The translations under genes were made by a program, and so were the position numbers. From the NCBI GenBank assembly GCA_963920595.1, contig OY986949.1, positions 4,340,001 through 4,404,000 of the forward strand: 64,000 bases of DNA. The letters are read 5' to 3'. The DNA comes from Eimeria praecox (taxonomy: Eukaryota). The notes beneath the pieces were generated by a model that saw only the letters and a program-made list of their open reading frames with translations, was not told where the DNA came from and did no database searches. This document shows positions 24,315 through 35,171 of the stretch, in pieces (positions within the stretch are counted from its first letter, which is position 1; each line of letters begins with the position of its first letter).

Positions 24315-27257
24315 ATGAAGCTTCACTCCCAAGGGCATGATGGAATGCAGCACATAATGCCACACGAATGGGGACCCGCTGTGCGGATTCGTTCGTTCCA
24401 TGTTGAGTTCCCAGAAGATGAGGAGACGCCGGTGACACACACTTTGTCGTTCCAGAGAGATTTTGTGCGAAGGGACGGAGGACTGAACCTTGAGCACCGT
24501 TTTCGACGGTCTGGTGGATATGTAGAATTCCTCATCAACGACAGGTTTCACGCAATCCTTGCCCTTCGATGGCTGCCCCTGGTTGCCCTCGTCTTTATCA
24601 CGGTGGTCGTGTGCGCTGCAATTCTATCGCGTTAGTGAATTTGTCCCCACTGCATAGGCATCAGCGAGTTAGGGATGAAGCCTCTTTGCTCTATGAGGGC
24701 TTCGACTTCCTACTCAGCAGTGTGAGGATGGAGGGGGTTGTGCAAGTGTGTGTGCTTTCGTCGAGTGCTTCTGCAGTGATTTTGTTCCTTGCCACCGGAG
24801 CAAAAGCAAGTGAGTGCCTCGGAAATTCAAATTCAAGCTGGGACTACTTCTTCTTCGTCGTCGAAACAATGTTTGCAATCGGTTATGGGAGTCCCAGGTA
24901 CTTAAAATCTATATGTGCGTTGTAACGGCAGCAGCTTGCTTAAGGCATATGGACCTTCACAAAGTAGGGATTCTTTCCTGTTGGGCCGGTTCCTGCCCAG
25001 TCAATGGAATTCGGTTCGGTTGGATCTTTCGCAGGTACCCTTCATGCCGAGCCTCCAGCCTTATGGTGACCCCGATCGTGGTCACAGGTGTGCTGCTGAA
25101 TTCGCTAATTCTGGGGCTTGTGTTCCAGAAGTTTTCTTCTGCAGCAAGGAGGAAATGGGCGCTAGCGTTTACACAGAGACTTGTCGTCTCCAGTGGGTAA
25201 GGCAGATAACGCATAACGGCATGTTCGTTCCGATTTTTTGTCTCATCGTCCTTGACTTTGGGATTCTCTCGGTTTGGTCATGCCTGATTTAGTGCGGGTT
25301 CATGGGATGAGTCCATATACATACTGGACTTGAAGTATTGCATGTCACCAATTTCATTTTGTGTGCATGTTCCTGTCAAGCAAGTGCAACTCAGTCCACC
25401 AGCCACCATCGTCAAGCAACGCATTCGTCGCCAACGAAAGCATGTCGCCCGCATTAAGTAATCACCGTACAGCATCGGGAAGCTCTACTCACTATCCTTC
25501 AGGATCACCCAATGCTCCGTTGCACGAGCCACTGCTCGTAGGCATACCTGAAGAAGGATGTAAGAACCCAAAAGGAGAAGCTGCTGACAGCGCATTGTAT
25601 GTAGCATCGCATTACGTAAAGGTCTGCACCTCAAGATTCAAGCTCAGGATCTGCTGTGGTAGCTGTATGCAGCGTCTTCTCCGAACGCAAGTGAAGGGCA
25701 TACATCACAGAGCAGCGCAGACAAAGACGTGCAGCAGTATCAGCGAAACATCTCGAGTCATACGTACTTGGCTCGGCCATCAAGTGACTCAGTGCTTATT
25801 AAGAGCAACGAAGACGCCTCCAGAAATGATTCGCCTGGTCAGTAGGGCAGTGGCGAAAAGTAGTACTATACCTCTTTGCAGTTGTATTTGCCTTCTCGCA
25901 TACCGTGTTCCAGTTTGCTTGACAAACTTGCTTGCAGAGTCTAAAGGCGGCCTACGGATATCGTTTCGCATGCTGAACATTACGGAGACCTCATTTTTCA
26001 ACACGAAGCTCGCGCTGTTCTTTTTGGTGACTAGACTGACGGCAGCCTCTTAAAAAAATCAGTTTCCCTGTTCTTTGACACTTACCATGTAGTATTCGTC
26101 TGCTTGTGGTGCCTCGGGTTCATAGATTGTTCAGGACAGCCTCTCTTTGACTGGTGCCTCAATATGTGTAGGTGCATCGTCGCGGAGGGCTTTCAATTCG
26201 TCAATTTTCTGTGTTTCACACCGACACCCCACTTGAGTTCATGGCATTACCAATTACTGTCACAGTAAGAGCATCACAGTGGGCACAGTCTTGAAAAGTG
26301 TGAATCCCTCTCATGGTGCTTCCTGAGTTCTGTACTGACACTTTGGGGGGCATTTCTTATGGCTTCACATTAGCTTCCTTCTCAGCTCGTTGAGATCCTG
26401 AACATGTGCCCCATTTGGTGACGGCAGGTCGATCAACGTGACGTTGGAAGCCCTCTGAGAGATATTACGGAGGCAGATCTGCGTAATCATGGAGAATCCT
26501 ATGAGCTCCTCGCCCTTCTTTCCTTCACTGACAACAGGACGTCGCGCACCGTCGAAGTCAGCAGAAGGTGGGTTCGCCGATCACCCGTGACCGGGGGAAG
26601 GCACGATGAATCACCCTCTGAGTGTGCCAGTTAAACTTCTGTTGAGAAGAAACAACCATGTGTTTTATCCAAATGCACTTATTGCTCTAGTGCGGTTTGT
26701 CGTTGGGAAGCTATTCGGTACATGGGAGCGTAGCCACCTGTGTTGCAAGCACAAGCATAGGCATTTTCTGTGTGCGTATGCAACAGCTGGCGGCTGAATA
26801 CTGCGGTTTGGGACGAGACCTTTGTTCCCATTGTGCGTCAGTCTGGACCTGGCTCTTCTCGTAAGCAACTTTTTTTGTGTTGATAACGTGCGAACCAGCG
26901 ATTGCACGCTAACTTAGTTTGTGGGCTCCACGTTTCCACTACAAATGCTCGGTCTTCGTCAGGGAATAAATCTAGAATATCGTTATAGGGGGGATAGAGG
27001 TTCAGTTCCTTTTTGTTTTGTACTGGGGCAATCATCCTAGATGCGGCCTTTCACCGTCGGTGAAGCCCAAAAGCGGTGTGGCGTGCTGCCACAGCTCCGC
27101 CAGCGGTAGGCCTTCACTACCAGCTTTATAAAGCTGTGGCTACTTTTCACAGTAATCTGAATATTGTATGATGACCTCAATTGCCTTTTGCGCCTTACTC
27201 GCAGGAGCATTCGAAATCGACGTTGACAACCTGAGCACTACTCGAGTATGCTTCTGA
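24315..27257 (+). CDS. Inward-rectifier potassium channel (Kir family), 10 predicted exons: 24315-24630, 24777-24897, 25035-25196, 25381-25559, 25793-25837, 25938-26026, 26172-26264, 26428-26567, 26787-26860, 27205-27257
   Basis: All introns are GT-AG and the phases join into one open frame. Kir landmarks appear in order: FVRRDGGLN, slide helix DRFHAILALRW, M1, turret Cys, pore FFFVVETMFAIGYGSPR, second Cys, M2 ending LGLVFQKFSSAARRK, then the cytoplasmic domain LRISFRMLN, FMALPITVTVD...SPLRD, YELLALL, VWDETFVPIV, FEIDVDNL and TGA. Exons 4-5 and the choice of ATG are less certain. Confidence 0.9.
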
Positions 27258-29849
27258 TGCATCCTCTATCACGCATGCGCACTCATGTAAAACACGCCAT
27301 GCTCTTATGCCGTTAGAGTTGTCTGGCGATCTTCATTTTGAAGCTTTGCCCTGTGTTGGGTTGCTGATTCAGGCCCCAGTTGTGGGTGAATAAATGTCTT
27401 TATGCTGCACCATGTAAGCCCTGCGGGCACGCAACCTCCCATCGCAAGCGTTGGACGCTTGCCCATCGCCAACTGCTCAAGTTTCCACCAGGGTGCACTG
27501 TAGCATGTTGCCTGGAGCACATCGGGCGTGAGGACACCTGACTAATGCAAGGATACCAGTGGCAGATGCAAAGATGCTGCTAACCCCAGCAAGCTAGCAA
27601 CAAACGATAAAACAATGTATTAGGGTCTTGCTGGGGCCTTGCAATAGCTCAGCAAACGATAACTGCGGGACTGCTGAGAGGCGTTGGCCTCGAGCTCACC
27701 CTTTTCACAATCAGGAATCCTATACAATGGGAAGTTTGACGTAAGCTAATTTAAACGACTTAGCGACGTAACATGACCGCAGAGTGCAAGGAATCGCAAA
27801 GTAAGATTCAGCATGAAAGTATGTGCATGGCTGCATTGCTTTATGTTTGAAGACCGTCAAGAACGTGTAGGAGTGACGAACGACCCAGAACCTGAGCGTA
27901 TGGCGATGTGCGCATGCCGAAATGTCTCTGCAGGGGTTCCTGAACTTTGCTTGGCAGATACCGTGCCAAAGTATATTTTTGCCACGTGTTGATTGTTAGG
28001 GGCTTGCAAAACAGTCCTATTGTTCGTTTTCAAATCTCGCTAGATTGCTGTTAATGCGCACCGCTAGTGGGGCTGCTCCCCATATCAAGCGTAGCTCCAG
28101 CGAATGGTACGACAGACTGGCACGTATGCTGTTACAAGTACGGTACATCTTGCACATGATTAGAGAGCAATGTCTAAAAGCCGAATGGATCTCGCTGCGT
28201 TTTGAATATGCTTCGAACTGCATCGTCGCAGGCAACTGCGCTGAACTTACTTACACTCGTTTCAGCGTATTCAGTGTGTACCTTAACTCTCCGTGTGAAG
28301 TAAGTCTGGCAAGCTAGGCACTCTTTTGAGAGTAAGAGCTGGCCCCGAGTATGAAAAGAACCACAAAACCCACGCAAATATATGGGGTCCTATTAGCTTT
28401 TCCTCTGCCCTTTTTCCTTTTGGGTAATTCAGAATCCTTTCATCTCTTCTTTCTAAATTAGAGTTAGTTTGGCTTATCCCTCCAGTCGGCTACGGAGGGT
28501 GGCTAGGTGAGGCGGCCGTTCCCTTCTAGCAGGCATCCTATGATGCCATGAAGGTTCTCAAAGCGTACCTAGTTCTCCCTTGCGTAGGGGTGGAAGTACG
28601 CTCAGTTCTACCATATGGTGCTATTGGACGCTGCCTCCAATCACTTCCACAAATACTGGTCGGACGGTGTCCAGCTAAAGTGCATTTGCAAGTACTGTGC
28701 CTTGGTAGCCGTTGTTTCAAAAGGAAATTTTCTGGGAAGTGAGGCTGCTTCCCGTGGGAAGCTTTCCTTCCCAGCAATGTAGTACTTCGGATTCTTATTA
28801 AATGTGTCTAGGCGTCACCCTAGCGCACCAGTGAATGAAGAAAATAGGCTGGACTCTCATTTTGGTTTCTAGAACTCTGCCTGGCGAAATAGTCAAGTAG
28901 TAAGATGACACGTTCCATCCAAGCTGCTCCGTGAAGCTCCGCTGTGCTTACTCGGCCTGACTAAAGTAGGCGAACATTCTTGCGCCCGCTGCCCGCTTTG
29001 AATTGGATTTAGACCTTAAATACATACAATTCTTGGGCTACTCCCCCCAGGGTAGTATGCAGTCTAATCACCCCCGACTACAGGAAGACCTGTTTGAGCA
29101 TTTGTACCAAAGGAACGCCTAATGAAAATAGCTAGCCGACTGCTGGGAAGGAAGCCCCAGGGGTTTATCGGCCAGCTAGGCTAGCCTTGGCTCTCAACTC
29201 AGAGCATATTCAGCTCTCATTCCCCTTCCTTTTGCATGCGAGCCGATGGTCTCTCTCCCCTTATGTCTGAGCCGTGAGAGCCTCTTGCACTATACGGCGG
29301 ACCTTCATTTGGGTACATTTATGCGCTTTGTGTGTATGCTGCCCACCGAAGACGAAATAATTGCCTCACAAATATCTATACAGTTAGCAAGCATATTGAG
29401 AGACAGCTTTAATATGCTCGCTTGTAGAATCGACAGTACAACAGGGGCTGCACGCGGGGACGCGACGCGCAACCATCGGCCGCATCCATTCCCCGCGAGC
29501 CCGAGCACCCTGCTGCTTAACAGCCTTGCTGCTCCTGCTTACAAAGGAAGCAGGGCAAGCATGGGGGCTTTTTTGGTGAGTATCAGAGGTACAGACCAGG
29601 CTATTTTGCTCTTAGGTCTTCTGCGGAAGCTTGCCAAGGCCCCGAAGCACTGGTCCTTCTTTGTAAAGGCCCATCGCACCTGCTCTCATGCCTATACATG
29701 CAATGGCTTAGGGCTACATCCTCAACAAAGAGTGCTCCTTCGACTGACTCATGCAGCGTGGCAGAGGACACGCAAAAAATTGCTACCGGGCTATGCAACG
29801 AAAATTATCAATACTAGACCAAGTTCATGAACTTTCAGTAATACCTACC

Positions 29850-31900
29850 CTCCCAAATAGTGTCCACGCATCTTGCATGAAACGGGTTAAAAGCCTGGTT
29901 TTGCTGATGGAAGAAGGCAGCCTCCCGCCTATTCCAAGGCACCTTCGTGCACGTGGTGGTGAGGGATATACGCTCTCGCGCAAACTGTATCAAACCCAGA
30001 AGCAACTGAACCTGATGAGGTGCAACTCATGGATGCCCGACACCCTCTGTAACTCCACTGATCACTCTAGAAACCGGAGAAAAAAGGTTCTGTAGTGCGA
30101 GGCGCCAGGCACCGTCGAGGCTTGGATTTTAGACGCGTTGCTACTTCGGATGTGTTTCGACTGCGCAAAGTATACTAGTAAACAATTATTATATGGATAA
30201 TGCACAGTGTAGTTTGCTATGCATGTGAGCCACGCCTTCGCAGGAGACAGAAGCGGACCTGCCAGTCAAGAGAATAACATTCTCATGCTTTGAGCGCACA
30301 TGGCACACTTCTTTGCTATTTAAGGGTTCAGCTTGCTTGCAATGGACGTAGCTATGCTTAGCCGGTACAACTTCTCTTGGGTCTCTGGCAGCTTCGCTTA
30401 CACCATATACGACTAAGCGCTTACGCCATCCCTGCGACCCCTCACAAGCCTAGACAAAAAGCAGCAAGTGAACCCAGACAACCTACACTACCAGGAAACG
30501 GCATCCTGGTTGATCGACTGTTGCCGATGGAATGTCGCTAGATAGTGAGCGCTTACGTCCCGTGAGTGCTTGTTGCACATTTCAGCCTAAATACGCAGGG
30601 TATCACCCATTACTGAGTGAATTAGCAAGCCAGCTTACCGTGCATGTGCTTTCGGCTGGTTACACATTTCGTGCCGCACTCTAGGTTGCTACGGTCGTCC
30701 ATGACAGCCGGCGGAACTCGGACACGATATCCAAAGATTGTGCTGCGGTCTGCCTTTCAGTATTAGACTCTTACGGCACCCATCCCGGTATTTATGAAAT
30801 CAACCACATTTTTCAACAAGCAGAACGGTGCCGAAAGCAGTAATTACTCTTCTAAATGCAGGGGCAGCCCTTCCGACCGGTCGAAACAGCTGAGCATCTA
30901 GGATCCCGTTGTTTTCCCTTGCGTCCTCGGGGAAGCCTGTGGGGCCGCCATCCCAAGTTCCGATGAAGCTCTTCTATCGCAGAATCCCCACCTCGGCCGT
31001 CTTGAGACGATGGGGGACACGTAACTGGGCAACCGCACCCCGACTTCTATAGCAGCATTGCTTAAAGTGCCTCGGGGCCATGGGGCCATTGTCGCAACGC
31101 TAAATTATCTAGGTGAAGAATCGCAAGAATATGTTATGGCAGTTTATAGGAGCATGAGTCTTACTCTGCCCATGCTTGAAGCCCTTAAATTCTTACAGAA
31201 AAGTTGCTTGTCCCAGTGCGCAGGAGACGGCGTAGCCGGCACCACTACAATAGAGACCGCCGATCACCTGCTGCAAGGTACCTCAGCTGTTGATTATTGG
31301 CAGCGTGGGAATCTGACCCACTGCATATGTTTCCCGTTGCCATGCTACTCACAATGCACATTAACAATAACGTAGTAAAGTGCCGGATTGGGCATCTGGC
31401 GAAGGACGGTGCAAACTCTTGCAGACGGCGCCTTTATGCATTGAATGCAAGGGCAGAGAGAGCTCCAGTAGTTTTGTTGCCGGATCAACTGCAGCAGTGG
31501 AACATAAGTGCGGCCAGGTATTTAAACATGAACTGGGATACATAGTTATTTCTGCTCCTACATGTAGTTAAGCAGACATTCTCCACAGGGGGCACGGCGC
31601 TGTCTGAGCCTTGCGGCCCCATACGAGCTCAAGCTATGCCGTCTGGAAGCAGGGCAACTGCCTGCATGCCGGCATCTCCACTTTGCGGGGCAAACCGAAC
31701 GAACGGCTTTACCTGAGGAGGAACAGGCAATGGCTTTGCACATCGTACAGGAAAATTCTTTTATTTTTTGTCGTCCTGCGCACATTGGAGTGGTGTGGTG
31801 CATCTCCGGTAGGGTGGAAGGATTTCGCTGCCTGCACTACGGCAAACGGCGGGCCCGAAGAAGATGCCAGAGTAGACCGAGGAAGGATAAAAGGGTGGGG
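29850..31900 (+). mobile_element. Degraded gypsy/chromovirus-like pol remnant
   Basis: LLRMCFDC (~30140, RT LRMCxDYR-like); ALLKVPRGHGAIVATLNYLG (integrase N-core); PYELKL (GPY/F region); VGWKDF (~31810, chromodomain-like). Confidence 0.5.
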
Positions 31901-33249
31901 TCAAAAAGTGGGCAGTTACGCTTGAAAATAGATTGGTTCGGAGGAGGATGCCACGCCTGTTTAATTACTTTTGCTGGAGACACGGTCGCAAAAACTCCAC
32001 AGATGTGCTTGCAACTAGCCCACTTCCACCTTTTCTCAGACGGCAGCTTAGGCTGGTCATATTATGGCCCGCCTTAATCGGCCTCCCGAATTCTCGCCAG
32101 AAGGATTGAGGACCCTTGGGCTTAGCGATTCTCAGTTTAAATCCATTGGGCTTTGATGCATGGTCAATGAGTGCCTAGGCCATTCCTTTTGCGACTTCGC
32201 AAATAAAAGAAGGGATGAAGCAGTAACGCTTGTGGCCGGTGTTCAGAAAACGACAAATGCCATCACAGCTCCTGCCCGATAGGAGCGGCAATGTGAGCTC
32301 CAGTGGGGCATCCGTCCGGGCGAACGTAAGCATAGCAAGGGCCACAAGGAGTTCAACAGTTTACTGTTACTTTACAGAATTGAGAAGTTATTCCTCTGCT
32401 TGGACGCGGTTCCCCTCACAGCGAAAAAATCCGGTACGACCTCCAACGTTTGCGTGACGCCCGTGTTGTATTCTCCTAAAATGCGTTGCATTCCTTGGGC
32501 TGAATGTCTTAGGAAGGTATAGATGATTCGTAAAATTACGGTGGTTCAGGTACCTACAATGGCCCGGCAGCTAATCTGGAGTGCTTAAAGTAACGGCGGT
32601 GTTTAGTTTAGCTAGAGTGCCCGCCCCACGATGGTAGAAAGAGTAGCATAAAGGCGAATTACAGTAGAAGAGAGCTCAATGTCCGTAAGACAGAGGTAGA
32701 AAGCATATGCCATCCAAAGGGTGCCGTGAAAGTGGGCCGACACATATGGGCGATTCCTTGGTCGACCTACCTCTGGAGAGAGATACGGAAGGAAACTTGA
32801 GAAACTTAGGCCAGGCACTAACTGCTATTGACGCATTTTTCCTGTGCAAGGGAAGACGTGTCTATGTTTGTGGCTTGCCAGTCTTTTTCTTCCCGCTCCG
32901 TGAAGCAGCAGTGCCAGCGAAGTACTTATTTGGCATTTGTTGTCTATCCCAAGTAGGTGCACCACAATGTTGGTTATCCTCCCTCAAGAACCATGCTTCT
33001 AATATTCTTCTAGAGATAGTGTATGAAAACAAAAGATATCGAAAGATTGCAATATATGCTTTCTGCTTAGTGAGAAAGCTAGCCTACCCAAAGGATACGA
33101 TTCTAAAAGGGTTCATTCACGGAATACCGCAGCACGGAAAGATAGCTTTTCAGTTCTGGTAGAGAGTGCTGATCGGCACTATGTCTTATAACGATCAACT
33201 CAGCCTTAGCGTTTTCAAAATGTGGCAAGGAGGCTTGACTGAGGCGCTG

Positions 33250-34450
33250 GAAAAGGCAACTGGTTTCTAGGAAAGGCACGGTGCAAGCGAGAAAAATTTG
33301 TCAAAGAGGGCATCTGTCCCGTTAGCAGCTAGTGAATGAATACTGCTTTTGCCCTTGCACGAATCCAAGCGAGCCGGAAAAGGACTGAGAATTATGCAAG
33401 AGAATTGGGATGCGCAGCTTGGGAGCCCAAACGGATCTGGACGTATACTTCAGCAGCGAGCGTGCTAGGCTCTTTATAAGCATACTCAAAGGCTTCTGTT
33501 TGTTTAGTAAATTGAAGAGAGGGGCTCTTAATTTCTGCAACGCCCGCATTTGGGCTCCTGTGAGAGCTTATCGAGAGTTGATTGCCGGTTTGTCGATGCA
33601 GCGCTTTCCATTTTGACGGCACAGTTATGGGGATTATCTGATGAGGCACTGCAAAGTGTTTTACCAAACCGATGGCTTGTAATGTAGTGCAAAGCGATCC
33701 ATGAGGGTTCAGGTGAGGCGGCTTCCGCCACTTTATGAATCATCAGGCGAAATAGGCCAAACGTCTAACAGGACGGGCGAACGAGGCACACGAATTTAAC
33801 GTTGCTGCTCGGTTGAGTATGGGTTCAGCACAACTTAGGAAATGAGGCAATCGAAGTCCTCCTCACTTTCGGCTCATATTCAAAAACATGTGGATTGCCA
33901 CCAGCTGAAAAAGATTGAGTGACTCCGTGTCTCGGCAAGCGCAGCAGGTTCCTTCAGCAAAGGTGGGAGAGCAGGTTCCTCTATCTCTTAGTAAGGCAGC
34001 AAACAGTGGCTGCATGGAAGGTTTATTAGGGCGCTACTGCGCGGTGCAGAAATTGGGCAACTGGCTTTAACGGCTCACAAAACAGGCTAGATGCCGTTCG
34101 CGAGGTTCATGTTTATCCATTCTGCTTTGGGTTGGCCGCCGTCTCCCCTGCTACATCGGTGATTACTGTTGGCCTGTTGGAACTCTAGAAGCAGATGGGA
34201 CGGTGAAGCGCCTAGCTGGTACATTTGCTCTTCATTTGCAGACTCTAGGTAGAGTGTACCCGTAAGACGAATTTATTTGCTCTTGTGTGGAGAGGCTTTC
34301 GTCCGGAACACTCGAGACGGCGTCTATGCAATGGTCTATTGGAATGGGAAAACATCTCTCTTTGAAACCCACTGAAGGGCAAACTGGTTGAGCACGCTTG
34401 TGTGCACTAGTATCGAGAAATAGCGCGTTCATGCTTATTGCACTTTCACA
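33250..34450 (-). mobile_element. Degraded gypsy RT remnant
   Basis: ERCFPIPIDHCIDAV (RT P-I-D motif) upstream of LRAPLFNLLNKQK...APKLRIP (connection domain). Confidence 0.5.
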
Positions 34451-35171
34451 CTGGGTGCCTTTCCAGCCTGTGACTGGGTCGATGGGGAGCAGGCTGGCTT
34501 AAAATGAGGTTTCATGACTCCAGTGTGCTTCCGGTCGGCATATACACCACTGGACGTGATCCGCTGCTGGAACTATTGGTTAGGTATGTTTGTAGGAAAA
34601 CATCCACGACGTTACTCCTCTGGAAGCCCCAGGTCAAGCTTGGCCTATTAATCCCATGCTCTTTCTACGCGCGTGCATTTCCAGAGCCTTCTAGCGGGAA
34701 CAAATCATGACAGCAGTCTCCGCAGTCACTTTCGAGGGTACGGTTCCGTGTGACAGTTTGCTTTTACCCGTGAGGCAAAATTGATGGCGGTGAAGCACCC
34801 AACACGCACGCAACGGAGTCAGGGGGTTGGCAGGGGTAGGTAAGCAGTAAGGATGCGTTAGGGTGCATAATCTCCATGAATCGATGCATGTTGGTGGTTT
34901 AAAGAGCTGGCTAAAAAGAAGAAAAAAGGACAGTAGGCGCTCAGGAAGCAAAGCATGCAAAAACACAGGGACTAACTGAGCTAAGCTTGAGGGAGGGTGG
35001 ATGTAGGCATTTGGCGAGAACGCGAACCAAACAGAAGCTGCGAGTCACAATTTTCAAATGGCTTCTGGTAGAAAGGCCTAGTGACCTAAAGACCCCAAAC
35101 CCTAAACACAGAATTCTTCTGCTGCAGGAAAAAGAAGGCGGCGACCGTTAGGAACCTGCAGAACAAATTGG

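Noticed and set aside
25361..26053. 230-aa ORF as a standalone gene
   Set aside because: It is read-through of Kir exons and introns; only parts match the channel.
35093..35108. Telomere-like aaaccctaaa motif (also tagggttt near 36003)
   Set aside because: Only one or two units; not an array.
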